A DNA stretch of 64,000 nucleotides from the human T2T-CHM13v2.0 reference genome, Homo sapiens (GCF_009914755.1 NC_060926.1); one strand, 5' to 3'. Counted from the stretch's first letter, positions 24,549 through 39,648 are shown. Made by a program: numbers and translations. Notes: generated by a model from the sequence alone, not told the origin.

Positions 24549-25809
24549 ACTAGTTGACCCCCAAAGTCCTTCTAGTTATAAAATCATGAGTTTGTAGAAT
24601 CAGTGGCGTTTTAAACTCCCGTTATATTCAGAGCACTGTGCTAGATGCCACAGTAGATTCAGAGAAGGATATGATATGGTCTAGGCCCTGATGGAATCAC
24701 ATTCTGATATCCTTGAAGAGAAGGCTATAGGTTCACTGGTGAGTTTAAGGTTTGGGGAAGAGAGGTGCAGTATCCGACTGAGTGCTCCTGGGAGATTTCC
24801 TGGGAGCATTGGGTATTGAAGGACCAATAGAACTGAGGTGGTAAAAAGGATTTGGAGGGTTAGAGAGAAGTAAAGAGAACTTTACTGAGTGCCCTCAGGT
24901 ATTGCACACCTGCTATATATGACACACTGCTATTCTCTGACAAACCAAAGATGAGTAAGACACATCCATGCCTAAGAAAAGTTTAGACTACCAGAAGAGA
25001 TGGAGGTGCAAACAGAAAAGCAAATGGTGACATGTACCAAATCAGGGTGGCAGTGAGAAGGCATTAAATAACTGGCACACTCTGTAATACACTAGTAAGT
25101 TCTTAAATTGCTCACAAAGCACAAATTTTCTTCCAGAAACACATTTCCTAACAACTCCACTAATAGTGCTGAAACTCATGTCATCCTTACTCACTTCATG
25201 ATGGTTTCCTAAAACCGAACAATGACAACAACAAAAATAACCTATTTCATTTTGAATCTGAATTCTCCAGAAATTTTTTTAATTCAATTTTCACTGTGCC
25301 TACAATTTTGAGACTGTTTTGATTTATAGTCAGAGCAAGAGAAAGAAATTAAATAATCGAGTGGCAGATTCCCAACTTGTTATTGCTTTCACATGAATTA
25401 CTTTCAAAATCCAATTACTCAAGTTGCCATTTTGATATCAATCATAGACTAAAAGCTTAGCATATATATTTTTTCATTTACTTATAATTTATACCTTCTT
25501 TATAAAACAATGTCAGTAACTCTGTCAAGTATATGACATTAAAGCAAATGCAATATAGAAGTGCCTCCCTTCCCAGTGGACAGCTGCCTTGAAAGTTAAG
25601 TACCCACCAGGGGAATGGGTACAAGGGGGCTTTTGGAAACCCTCACATGAAACTTTCTGTGAAGAATTATTTCTTGCACAGTGATCCCATTCTCCCTTCT
25701 GTTTTTTAAGTATAGCATGAAGGCATTGAGGTGTGTTGGTATTATTTGTTAATGTTACTGATTCATTACAAATGTCTGTGCAATAAATTTTTCTGTTAAA
25801 GAGTAAATG

Positions 25810-26104
25810 AGCCAGGCTTGGTGACTCACACTTGTCATCCCAGCGCTTTGGGAGGCTGAGGCGGGAGGATTGTTTGAGCCCAGCAGTCCAAGACCAGCCT
25901 GGGCAACATGGCAAAACCCCATCTCTACAAATAATACAAAAATTAGCTGGGCCTGGTGGTGCATGCCTGTACTCCCAGCTACCTGGGAGGCTGAGGTGGG
26001 AGAATCACCTGAGCCCAGGAGGTTGAGGCTTCAGTGAACTGTGATCGTGCCACTGCACTCCAGCCTGGACAGCAGAGTGAGACTCCTCAAAAAAAAAAAA
26101 AAAA
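25810..26104 (+). mobile_element. AluJ
   Basis: Dimeric Alu with poly(A). Confidence 0.93.
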
Positions 26105-26242
26105 GGGGGAGGAAGAAGAAATGATGGTAATGGAAGGTTAGTAGATGTTCTTGCAAAAGGAAGCAAATTCTCCTTATTGGCCCTTAATTTCGTTAGCAGC
26201 CCATTTGTTATGATTATAAATTTTAAAATGAGTTTTTAGCTA

Positions 26243-26782
26243 TAGTAATCTGCCCTTTTCCTTGGAAGATAGGTTCCAGGACCCCTAGTGGATGCCTGAA
26301 ATCACGTACACTGTTTTTTTCCTGTACTATACTATACTATGCTAAAGTTTAATTTATAAATTAGGCACAATAAGAGATTAAAAATAACCAATAATAAATA
26401 GAACAATTATAGCAATATACTGGCCTCTTTCTTGCTCTCTCTCTCTCAAAATATCTTATTGCACTATAAACATCCTTACTGTGATGATGTGAGATGATAA
26501 AATGCCTGCATGATGAGATGCGATGACACTCACTCTGATCACCAAGACAGCCACTAAAGTGACGAGTGGGCAGGTATCGTATATGGCATGGATACTCTGG
26601 ACGAAGGCATGACCACATCCTGGGTAGGACAGAGTGAGATGGCACAAGATTTCATCACATTACTCAGAACAGTATGAAACTGAAAACTTAATGAGTTGTT
26701 TATTTCTGGAATTTTCTGTTTGCTATGTTTGGACCGCAGTTGACCATGGGTTACTGAAACTGTGAATATGGGAGGACTATTG
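26243..26782 (-). mobile_element. MER44 (Tigger7-derived, TcMar) non-autonomous DNA transposon
   Basis: TIR-like ends tagtaatctgccctt / ggaggactattg flanked by TA; internal gaccgcagttgaccatgggttactgaaac. Confidence 0.85.
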
Positions 26783-27725
26783 TAGTTAGATTTTCCTGCC
26801 TTCAAATTATGAAGGTTCATCAGAAAGTTGATGGCAAAACTATCTAATGGCTTTAAAATGCTTGCTCAATCTACTGGCAATCGCAAGAGCTCTAACAGGT
26901 ATTCTGCAGATGAGTGTTAAGCTGTAGACACTCTGTACCCCATTTTGAGTAGAATGTTGGAACTAGAGAGGATGAGAGTGAAACTTTAATCCTGGCTCCC
27001 CACTTTATAACTGAAGAAACCAAGGCTCCTGGATTGAGAAGTTCAGAGGATAACCCTCTTGAACTCTCTGTAGTTTGCAAAAGGCTGACTCAAATCCATG
27101 TAATTTTATCAGGTAATGGAGAGTTACTGCTAAAACCATGGGTTACCTAACTCCTAAAAAAAAATGTGTAATTGAAAAATTAGAAAAAAGTCACAATAAC
27201 AAAGCCACATAATGATATTCTGTGCTTGAGTGAGTTCACAGCATAAGCCTAAAAGAAATCGCCAGGCTACTATAGTGGAGCATTTATCAAGCCCTCCAAT
27301 AATGAAACTAGCTCAACAAAGCCTGCCCTGAATGCCCCACTGGGCAGGAGGCTGTGAACATGTGGGATGCGTGTTTTATCTTTTTATAACACCTTGACAT
27401 TCAGGATCTCTCTTTTTAAAAGTCTTAAACAGAATCATTTTTTGGTAGGGGAAAAGTTAGCTTTAAGATATATGCAGGTGGCTCAGGGGTGTTAGTGTGA
27501 CTTCCTACATGAAAAATCACCACCAAAAGCATCATCATTTCAGGCTGTAAATATAGCACTGTCAAGTGGGACAATGCTGTGTGTCAGCAGATCGTTTAGA
27601 AGTTTAGGAGTATGTTTTAAGCCTGAGAGTAGTTTTTTTCTGTATCTCAGAATTTTTAATAACAGCTCAAATTGGATCTTTTACATAATCCAATCAAAAT
27701 CATCCTGGGCTCAAATACAAAATCA

Positions 27726-28064
<339 letters not shown>

Positions 28065-28673
28065 TTATTTTACTAAAAGTAGTGCCAAGGATAATACTTT
28101 TTTCTAAGACCCTATCTAAATGTCTAAAGCACATGTTGACCTTAGGGTCTAATTTTCCCAAATGTTCCTCCTGCCCTATGCTTCCTGAGGCTCATAAGCT
28201 AAAATGTATAGCATTTACTTGTCTCCACTTAGGCCAGAATAGGAATTCAGATTCCTCTCTTGTCTTTACCCCACTGGACACAATTCCCATTGAATAGGAA
28301 TTCCAGGAGCAGGACTGTGGGCCATCAGCAGCTTCCCAGAGATAAACTGGGGCAGGGCTTTCCCTCTCTTGAGCTCCTGTTGCTGACCCAGCAGCCGGCC
28401 TTTATGTTGCCTCCTCGTGTAAAGCATCCTGGGAAACCAAGTCTTCGGTCCCTGTTCCTTGGAACAGAAGGCTCCATGCCATGCTTGCTGACCTTCACGA
28501 GCTGGACTGTACAGCCTGCCCTGTACCACAAAGCAGGAACAGCCCTGTCGTTTTTACCTTAGCAATGCAGATTCTGTGCTTGGGCGCAGCACCTGCGCAG
28601 AGCTGCTTTCTCATCCTCAAGTGAACTGAACCAAATGTGAGAGAAAGGCTCCTGTGCCTTTAGAATGTTAGTT

Positions 28674-28704
28674 CCCCCCGCCCCCCCCCCCCCCCCCCCC
28701 CGCC
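28674..28704. repeat. Poly(C) tract C6-G-C21-G-C2
   Basis: Direct reading. Confidence 0.95.
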
Positions 28705-28984
28705 ATTTGTGCTTCCTGTAACAAACAACAACAAAAACACCTCACCACCATTTCACAGTATCATTGTGGTAGGCGGTTCCCCACAGGTTGTTCAAGCAGA
28801 TTTTTTTATGTTGCTGTTGGTCCTGGCCTCAAGATTACCTCCCCTGCTTCTCTAAGCCCTATATTGGACAGAGGATTAGCAAAGATCAACAAAAAGAAAG
28901 CAGCCAGCTTAGAACTTTAATAGTAAAAGTCAAATGTGTGTATCTAGGATTTCAGCGGTGCCAGCTCTCAAATGGAAGCAATAC

Positions 28985-29205
28985 AATATCACAGCTAAGA
29001 ACCCGGGCTTTAGCGTTAGACATGTTTGGTTTCAAATCTTGGCCTCATCACTTATGAGGTGTGTGACCCTGGACAGGTTAACCACTCTGCATCTCACTTT
29101 CCTCATCTGCAAAATAAAGAACATTCGTCCACTTTACAATATTGTGGTGAGCAGTAAATGAGATATATAAAGTGATTAGCTCAGCATCTGGAATCGGGTA
29201 AACCC
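28985..29205 (+). mobile_element. MIR
   Basis: ggtttcaaatcttggcctcatcactt..tgtgtgaccctggacaggttaaccactctgcatctcactttcctcatctgcaaaat. Confidence 0.85.
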
Positions 29206-29607
29206 TCTTATCATTCATTTATCCATTGAGTAAATATTTTTAATCATCCAACATGTGTCAGGAATTCTTCTACAGGAAGCGGACAAGACAACAAAGGTTT
29301 TGCTCTTGGGGAGTTTACGTTCTTTGGGGTCGCGGGGGATGGGGAGAAGAGGTAGATAATAAACCAGAATGCAACTGAGTTACCAACATAATTCTAGAGT
29401 GTAATAAATGTTATAAAGGCAGCATGTAGAAGGGCAGCTGGAGAGTGCGTGTATGCAGCAATTCCATAGAAGGTCCCACTGTGACGTAAGTGTCTGGAGA
29501 CATTGAAGCTAAGATCCCAGTGCTTCAATTCAGGCTCTCTCATGCCAACTTACAGTGGTCTGAACAGCCAGTGTTTTATCTAAACTTTTATTAAGTACCT
29601 TAGCTGA

Positions 29608-29901
<294 letters not shown>

Positions 29902-30002
29902 TTTACTATTTTTTGTTATTAAAGATCTAATACTCTATTAACGTATATATAACTGATGTTAAGTACTATCATATGAGCATGCATTTTTGAAGTTTATATT
30001 TT

Positions 30003-30296
<294 letters not shown>

Positions 30297-30802
30297 AAGT
30301 TTATATTTTAAAGCACATAATTACTATTCTCATTCATCTTTAATTTAAATACTTGGTATTAATTCCCATTTACAGTTGTGTTTTTCTCAGTCTCAACCTC
30401 AGCTTCAAGTAACTTGGTATCTTAGATTGCATTTGCAGTGACTTAGAGCTCTGCTTCCTTTCTTTATGTATGATAAAGCAGAAAGAGACAGACACAGGAT
30501 GTAGTGATAGGAGGGCACAGGAAACATAAAACCCCTCAGGTATTTTTCGGTCACCTGGGCTCTCTTCTCTTTCTCATTCAAGAGTGTTTTTGCTGCAACT
30601 GTACAGCAAAAACACAAAACTACTCATCTCTGAATAGCTGATACCTTTATAACTTCCCACCCACTCCTTGTTATGGTGATTTCAGTTACAAATGGACTTA
30701 ATTAAATGGAATGTACCACTTACAAAGATCAAAAGGCTTTCAAAAATTTTTCTTAAGATTTTTGAACAAAGATTTAACTGTTTCTATTAAAATGCAATAA
30801 GA

Positions 30803-30929
30803 TGGAAACTCTGTTTCCTCTGATGTGATTATTATGCATTGTATACCTATATCAAAATATCTCAAGCACCCCATAAATATATAAACCTACTATGTACCCA
30901 CAAAAATTAAAAATTAAAAACTTTTTTTT
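30803..30929 (+). mobile_element. 5'-truncated L1MA 3' end
   Basis: tgatgtgattattatgcattgtatacctatatcaaaatatctc..cctactatgtacccacaaaaattaaaa; TSD aatgcaataaga at 30791-30802 and 30930-30941. Confidence 0.88.
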
Positions 30930-30987
30930 AATGCAATAAGAATTAAACCTGTTTTGCAGAGAAATAAGACAGTGGAAAAAATCAAGT

Positions 30988-31088
30988 TATACATATACAT
31001 ATATATTACATACATATACATATATAACATGCATATACATATATAAAATATACATGTATTATTATATATAATAATATACATATATATT
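30988..31088. repeat. TA/CATA low-complexity repeat
   Basis: tatacatatacatatatattacatacatatacatatata... Confidence 0.85.
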
Positions 31089-31432
31089 AAACCTATTAAG
31101 GTATTAATGACATATAAGATCTTGTAAAGACAGTGAATGTAAATAAAACTAAAGATGTTATTCCAGTCAGAAAGTTACCACCTTTATGCCCTCTGAGCTC
31201 ATCAAGCTTCATAGGATTTGAATGAAATAATAAAGTATATCTGTATTTGATAAAGACATTATGAGAAGGCAGAACTGACATTGTGTCTGCTGCATAAACC
31301 TGTCTATTTTGGTCTCTGTTCCAAAGTTATTGTTTCCCCAAATTTTTGTTTATTACCCTGTCATGTAAAGATAGAAGAATGATGAAACTTGCAAATCAAA
31401 GTATATAATAATTATGAGAGAATGGTTTTCTT

Positions 31433-31642
31433 AGCCTGGGCAACATGGCAAACCCCATCTCTACAAAAAATACAAAAATTAGCGGAGCAGGGTAGCAAAT
31501 GCCTGTAGTCCCAGCTGCTTGGGAGGCTGAGGTGGGAGGATCACTTGAGCTGGGGGTCGAGGCCACAGTGAGCCGTGATCACACCATTGCACTCCAGCCT
31601 GGGTGACAGAGCGAGACCGTGTCTCAAAAAAAAAAAAAAAAG
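31433..31642 (+). mobile_element. 5'-truncated AluJ
   Basis: Begins agcctgggcaacatgg; poly(A); TSD-like gttttctt on both sides. Confidence 0.9.
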
Positions 31643-31719
31643 GAGTTTTCTTGAGGCTTCATCACTAGACCATTATTCTGTAACATCTTCAGAGAGTTAC
31701 CTTTACTCCCTGTCTCCAC

Positions 31720-33810
31720 TCTTCACCTCCCTCTCACTCATCACCTCATTGTTACGGCTTTCAGCCCCATCTCTCCAAATAAACTGCTCTAGGTAAGCTG
31801 TTATAGGTAAGTTTAGCAATGGCCTCCATATTATTGAATCTAGCCATTGTTTTTTAATCTTTATTTTTTCCCTTTAGCAGTATTCAGCATTGTTAACCAC
31901 CCTATCCTTAACTCTATCGTTTCCCTGTGGTTTCTATGACATGACACTCTCCTGATTGTGTCCCTCTGTCTTTACTGCTTCCTCTCTGTTCCCTTTGGAG
32001 GTCATTCTTCCTTACCTGGCTGTTAAATTGCTGAAGCTCCCTAGGGCTTGTTTGATCTCAGGTCCTTCATCATATAAAGCTACACACTGTCCTTAGATTA
32101 TTTCAGCCATACTCTAGCTTTAATTATGTAAGATGACTCACAAACTCATCTTCCTAGTTCTGGCTACACTCTGAACTCCAGACTCTTCTTTGACTTTTTC
32201 ACCTTGATATTTCAAAGCACTTCAACAACATGCTCAAAACAAACTCATCATCTCCCTTCCCAGTCGTGGCTCTCTTTTAGTGTTCCCGATCCTAGTGCAC
32301 CACCTATCCAATTGTGCAAACCAGAAATCTAGTCATCAGTCATGACATCTCCCTCTTTCTCACTCCCCATTTCCAGTCTATCCCCATTTCCTGTTGGTTT
32401 TCATTTCCATGTATTTCTAGAATTCATTCATTGCTGTCTCTTCCCCTGCCTTCCCACCAAAACTACCATCCTCACTTGCCTGTACTGCAGCAATAGTCCA
32501 CTCATTAATCTCCTAGCACTTACCCTTGTTCCTTTGTAAATCATTCTCTATCCTGTAATCTTTTCAAAACACAAATCTGACCTCTTACGATAAAGACAAG
32601 AAGACTTACCCTGTCCTGCAAGCCCAGCATAGTCTGGCCCCTGTGTCCCACTCCACCCTCCTTGCATGGCACATTCGTTCTTGCCCTCTCTACTTTAGCT
32701 ATGCTGGTCTCTGTTTGGGCCCTCATACTGGCCATGTGTATCAGTCAAGATCAAGTCAGGAGATAAGAACCATACTGGTTATTTGAATAGGAGAAATGTA
32801 ATGTAAAGCATTGTTAATTAAAACAGTAGGAGGTTACTAACTACTAGAAGGGGTAAAAGAGGACCATAAGGTGTCCACATTTAGCATGAGAGCAGTTACT
32901 ATATCTGTACTGAAGAAAATGAGACAATAAAGGAACTAAGGCCTAGGGGAGGCCCCCAAGCCAAGACTGAGATTCTGACCTGATCGAAGAAGGTGTGTGG
33001 CTACCAGAGGAACGTGCAGCCTTGTGGTGGTGAAGAAACTTGTCAAAGGGCACAGACTGAGCTCTTCTGTTAAGAGGCTGCCATTGCCAGAGGGTGTAGA
33101 TGGATTGGAGCTGCTCAAAGCCACTGACAGTGGCGGGAGGTGGGGAATGGCACGAGGATGTAGGTTGGAGCTCCTCTGAATGGCTGCTGGGTTCCTGTGA
33201 ATAATAATAATTAATAATAATAGAGATCCAGAACCCCAAAGAGAGATATACTCCTGTTCTTATGGCCTTGCAGGGTCACTTTATTGCCATCTGCTGACAT
33301 CAAAAGTTAACATTCTACTAGCTGGCAAAAGAGAATTGCTTACAGGGTCCAGCTCCAGTATCACAAAGTAGGGCAAGAAGAGTAGATCTGGAGCCAAGAG
33401 ACACTATAACTTGATAACTGGCACACAATGCTTTCTCCCCTACAAATGTAGTCACTGCTTGGAGTACAATTTCCCACTCTTTTCAACTAGTTATTTCATG
33501 TGATTTCAGATGAGATCATTCAGATCTCACCTTAGGTTTACTTCCTTGGGGAATTCTTTCTTGATATCCCCAGGTCAAATATGCCAGTTACAGATTTCAG
33601 AACACTATATGCTTTTCTTTCTTAACACCACAGTTGCAATCTTTCATTTGTTTGTATGGTGGTTTGATTTACACACCTTCCTATTAAAGTGCAAGTTCTG
33701 TGACGACAGAGACCACATCTGTCTTTCATTACCATTGTATTTCTGGGGCCTGGAACAAAGATGGGCACTCACACAATCCTTTCTCATTATCTCTATTGAA
33801 TTATTAATGA
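31720..33810 (+). mobile_element. Long L2 remnant split by an LTR insertion
   Basis: ctttcagccccatctctccaaataaactgctct; ctgaactccagactc; aaaacacaaatctga; 3' end gggcctggaacaaagatgggcactcacaca. Confidence 0.75.
32737..33425. mobile_element. Ancient solo LTR (LTR78-like; subfamily uncertain)
   Basis: TG...CA termini (tgtatcagtcaag...ataactggcaca) and 5-bp TSD ccatg/caatg. Confidence 0.65.
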
Positions 33811-33834
33811 TAAAATACATGGAGAAGTGTAGGT

Positions 33835-33918
33835 TAATTAAATTTTTGTAAGTTGCTATGTTGCTTTTTAAAGATAATTAAATTTTTGTAAGTTGCTATG
33901 TTGCTTTTTAAAGATAAT
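33835..33918. repeat. Perfect 40-bp tandem duplication
   Basis: (taattaaatttttgtaagttgctatgttgctttttaaaga)x2 followed by taat. Confidence 0.97.
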
Positions 33919-34009
33919 CATGGATTTTGTGTTTCTGGGTTTAAAAAGACTTTACACTAATTGAGGAAATTTGAAAATTCAGTAAGGTTTGAGGAAAAAA
34001 AAAAGGAAA

Positions 34010-34755
<746 letters not shown>

Positions 34756-35181
34756 TGTTTTTACTTTTAAAACTGATTGGTAGAGGGATGGAACTTTTTA
34801 AGAAGTTTCTTTTCCATTTGTATTTTTTCTTTTGTAAATATTTAAGAACACAAAGATCAATTACCAAAGAACTACCAATTGTATTATCAGGTATCAAGTA
34901 TCATAAAACACCATCACATTCACATAAGTACTTTTTAAAGAATGGTAACTTGCTTTAAGTAACATAGACATTAGCAATTTTAGACATAATTTTACAACAA
35001 CAAAGTTATGCTTTGTTTCTTTATCAGTTTCTTCCAAATACAACTACTTTACAATACTTACTCAAGATCAGATGATGTGCTTTGCTGCAATTACCTGTGT
35101 ATAGAAGACAATGAAACCATCTTAACTCAAAGGGTTAAAATAATTATTTTAGAACTATTCTATGTTTAATACATTCCTTAC

Positions 35182-35219
35182 AGTTAGATTTGAATTCTTA
35201 AAGTTAGATTTGAATTCTT
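35182..35219. repeat. 20-bp-period tandem duplication
   Basis: agttagatttgaattctt twice. Confidence 0.85.
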
Positions 35220-36079
35220 TCTTCAGTCTACTTATAAGTATATCAAGCTTTCACTAAAAAGTAAAAACTAAAGAGAAAACAATCTTTTTCAGAAACTTTC
35301 AAATTTGAATACATACATGGCTGTACATACATAATGAAAACTTTTGAATCCAAGTTTATATATTTCCCCCAAGAGGAGGGTTTGTTTTCTTTGGCACTGC
35401 TAACAAAAACAACCAGCACAATTCATTTATTGTATAAAATAAATTAAGCACAAGTAAAGTATATAAGTTGATACTAAGATTTAGTAACCAGTAAGTTGAT
35501 AGTTTTCACTGTTGGCAAGAGTTAAATATGAAAACAATTGCAGGCACTGCAGCTGAGTGTAAATGGTACAACTTGACTGAAAAATAATTTGGCAAAGCAT
35601 ATCAAGAACTTTTCAAGAGAAAGAAAGGCATGAATTTGTATTGACTTCATAACAAATTCCCTTAAATTATAGTAAAGAAATTTTTAAATGTAGAAATCCA
35701 CAATACTGAAAAAAATGAGAAAAGGGTATCAGTTTCTACAAGAAAGGAAGTAGATGGAAGGGGCTTTATTGATGAATCAGATGCTGCAGCATAGAATACA
35801 GAGGGAGGAGCTTTGGTGGGGAGGAAGATGATTGCCCTGCAGAAACTGGGGGAGCCCTGGGTTCAGAGTCAGCACATGGGATGGAAGGCAAGCTCAAGAA
35901 GAGGAGTATAAAGCAGAGGAATTAAATGAAGGTATTTTAAGGAACAGTGCACTATCCCCTTATCATCTCTTCCATCCCCCAACTTGTTCTTTTAGCTGCC
36001 TAACATCCTCAAGGCAAAAAGGGAGGAAGAGAGTGGGCAGTGATCTGCAAGTACATTAGTCACCCGTTAGAACAAAAGT

Positions 36080-38605
36080 CAAAACCCTTTAAAGGAAAAG
36101 AAGAAGATCTAGAGTTTCTCAATGCATCATCCAAAATGGTCAGTGTCCAATTTTAAAAATTACTAGACATGGGAAGGAGCAGGAAAATGTGACCTATAAT
36201 GAAGAGAAAGATTAGTCATTAAAAACAGACCCATTAACAACACAGAAGTTGGAATTAGCAGACAAGGATTGCTAATTAAAAATATGTTAAGAATTTTATG
36301 GAAAAAGAAGATGGATATATAATGGATGAAGAAAAAGAAAATTTAAGTCATCAGGTGTGCTTAGCAACAGTTCAGACGATGAAGAAGAAAGGATGAGTGA
36401 ACTTAAAGACAAGTCAAAAGAAACTATGCCAACTGAAGAACAGAGAGAAAAAAAGTAAAAGAATAAAACAAAGCCAGAGCCTCAGTGACTTAAGGAACAG
36501 TATCAGGCAGTCTCACATAGGTGTAATTAGAGTCTCAGAAGGAGAGCAAAGAGGAAATTTGGCAGGGAGAAGGAGGAAGCTATGAAGAAATAATGGACAC
36601 AGTTTATCCAAATTTGATGAAAAACAACAAGCCTCATATCCAAGGGTCATTTCATAGTAATATGTTGTTTGATTGATCAAAAAGACATAACACCTCTAAA
36701 TGTATGTGCATCTAATGATTCCAGATCCATGAAGCAGCAATATATAGAACTAAAGAAAGCGACAAATCCAAATCCACAGCAGTGTAGATCTTAATATCAG
36801 GTTCTTAGTAACTGATAGAACATATAGATTAAAAATCAGTAAGAACATAGACGATTTGAACAATACTATCAACCAACTTGAGCCAATTGATATTTAAAGG
36901 ACAACACACCCAACAATTTCAAGAGAACATGGCATTTACATTAAAATAGGCCAGTTGCTGGACCATAAAATTAGTTTCAAATTTTAAAACACCATCTTAA
37001 GAGTATGGTGTCTGAACACAGTAGAATTGAATTAACAATAGCAATAAGATAACTAGAAAATCTCTGAACATTTAAAAATTAATCAATCTTCTAAACAATC
37101 CATTAGCCAAAAAGAAAATTTCACAAGAGATATGAGAAAAATTTTGAACTGAATCATAATGAAAATATAATAAACCAATTTCCAATATCAGGGATGAAAT
37201 TAACCCTGACTTCATTTATTTAAAAGCTAACAGGATGTTATAAACAACTTTATGCCAATAAATCCAACAACTTAAATGAAATGGACAAATTCTTTAAAAA
37301 CACAACTTACCAAAACAGACAAGAAGAAATAGAAAATCTGAATAACACTATGCTTATCAAGGAAATTCATAATTAAAATTTCCAGGCCCAGATGACTTCC
37401 TTAGTGAATTCCCATGAACATTTGAGGAATAAATGTAATTGCAATCTTAAACAGTTTCAGAAAATAGAAAGAAGGAATACTTCCCAACTCATTTTATGAG
37501 GCCAGCATAACTCGTATCAAAACCTGACAAAGTCATTACAAGAAAAGAAAATTACAGAACAATATTGTTAGTGAATAAAGAAGCAAAAATCCTCAACAAA
37601 ACATTAACAAGTGAAGTAAACAATATATAAAAGGATAATACTGCATGACCAAGTGGGTGTGGTTAATAATTTCAGGAACTCAACATCAGTTTAACATTTA
37701 AAAAAATCAACATAATATTATTAATAAAATAAAGGAGAACAATAATATGATCATCTCAGTGTGTAAAATAAAAAATTCACTTGACAAAAACTGTCAGCAA
37801 AGAAGGAATACAAGAGAATTTTTAGAGTCTAATAAATACATGGAAACTCTACAGCTGTGTAATACTTGATAAAATACTGAATGCAGTTTCCCTAAGACCC
37901 AGAACAATGCAGGGATGCTCATTCTGCTTTGTAGCTAGGATTAATAAGACAAGGAACGATTGGAAAAGAAGAAGTTAGACTTCATTACCACTGTCATCAT
38001 TGTGTTTGTAGAAAGAAAATCTTAAGAAATCTACAAAAAAAAATAAAGCTGCCAGAACTAATAAGGACATTAGCCAGGTCGCTAGATATAAGTTCAATAT
38101 ATTAAAAAGCATTTGTATTCCTGACATTTTGGAATTGAAATTTTTAAAAATGCTATAAACAATAACATAAAAATTCTAAAACACCTAGGAATAAATTTGA
38201 CTGTAGATGCACAAGACTCTAAGAACTATAAAATGATGCTAAAGCAAATTAGAATTGAAATAAATGGCATAGTATGTCATGTCGAGGGTCAAAAGACTCA
38301 GTATTGTTAAGATACCGCATATCCCCAAATTGCTTTATAGATTCAACACAAGTCCAATGAAAATCTCATCATATTTTTTGTTGAAATAGGCAAATTGATT
38401 CTTAAATTTATATTAAAATGCAAAGGACCTAAGATAGTCAAAACAATCTTGAAAAAGAGGAGTAAAGCAGTTACAGTAACTAGGACAGTGTAATGGTGGT
38501 GTGAGAACTGGCAGCTAGATCGGTGGAATAGAATACAGTCCAGAAATAGTCACGCATATAGTCAGTTAATGTTTATCAGAGGTACCAAGACAATTCAATG
38601 GGAAA
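36080..38605 (+). mobile_element. Degraded L1M element (ORF1 and ORF2 remnants with internal deletions)
   Basis: A-rich; ccaggcccagatgacttcc..gtgaattc, cttcccaactcattttatgaggccagcataac, agattcaacacaagtccaatgaaaatc, ccaagacaattcaatgggaaa. Confidence 0.9.
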
Positions 38606-39102
38606 GTTCAATTCAGATTTACTCTGGTATCCTCTTCCATTATTTTTTCACATTTTACATACTAGTTATTAAGGTCAGTCTATTTCTCATTTATTGCCTA
38701 TTAATAAACCAGAGCTGATACACTGTGCACTCTCCATATGTGTCTGTTGAATCCTTGAATCAGAAACCAACGTGATACTCAGGACATTATATACCATTTG
38801 TGTGTATATACAAAATTGGGATTTGGTAAGTGTTTTCAATAAAAGGAATGCTCACGTAATAGTTAAATTCAAAGACACAAACTTCTAGGAGCCATTTTTA
38901 GATACATGGACAAGGATTAAATTAAAATGTATACAATTTTTATTGAAATCTAGGCAGATGGGGTGTTTCCAGAGATAACTTTTATTTCCAAGATACGGCT
39001 ACTGTGGAATCTAATATTTGATGAATATTAGATAAAGACACAGCCAGAGACTCATATCAAACGAGGCTCCCTACAACTGGAAGGGCCGTAGGCATGCATA
39101 GC

Positions 39103-39191
39103 ACTGAAGTAACACTGATTCATTCATTCAGTATTTATTATGTATCTACGAGATACCAAGCACATACAGTAATGATGAACAAGACATACAT
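39103..39191 (+). repeat. About 88-bp direct repeat, copy 1 (copy 2 at 39860-39944); includes an antisense L2 tail fragment
   Basis: actgaagtaacactgattcattcatt..tatttattatgtatct..agata..cagtaatgatgaacaagacatacat. Confidence 0.88.
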
Positions 39192-39332
39192 CACCCTGTC
39201 ACCACTTTTCTCATGTAGAAATTGCAGAGGATATTTTAAGGCTTCACTAAAACAAATACCCTTTTCTAGAATATAAATTAGTAGTGATTACACACTGAAG
39301 ATCAAAACTCTCACACTCCTTGTGTATCCTAT

Positions 39333-39648
39333 TAGTGTTATCCAACAGAAATTTAACACATAGTATGTATATAATTTTATATTTTCTGGTAGCCACATTT
39401 AAAAAGTGTAAACAGGTGAATTAAATTGGGTAATATATTTTATTTAACTTAATGTATCAAAAATATCATTTCAACATGTAGTCAATCTTTTTTAAATTAT
39501 TAAAGTAATATTTTAAATTTTTTATTTTGTACTAAACCTTCACATTTCAGCATATACATTACACTTATAGCACATCTCAATTTGGACAAGCCACATTTCC
39601 AGTGTTCAACAGCCACATGTGGCCAGTGGCTACCTTACTGGACACTGG
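39333..39648. mobile_element. MER33-like hAT-Charlie MITE
   Basis: ttttctggtagccacatttaaaaag; agccacatttccagtgttcaacagccacatgtggccagtggctaccttactggac. Confidence 0.85.

Noticed and set aside
36080-38605. Functional reverse transcriptase/endonuclease gene
   Set aside because: L1 remnant riddled with stops, frameshifts and deletions; no long ORF in the track
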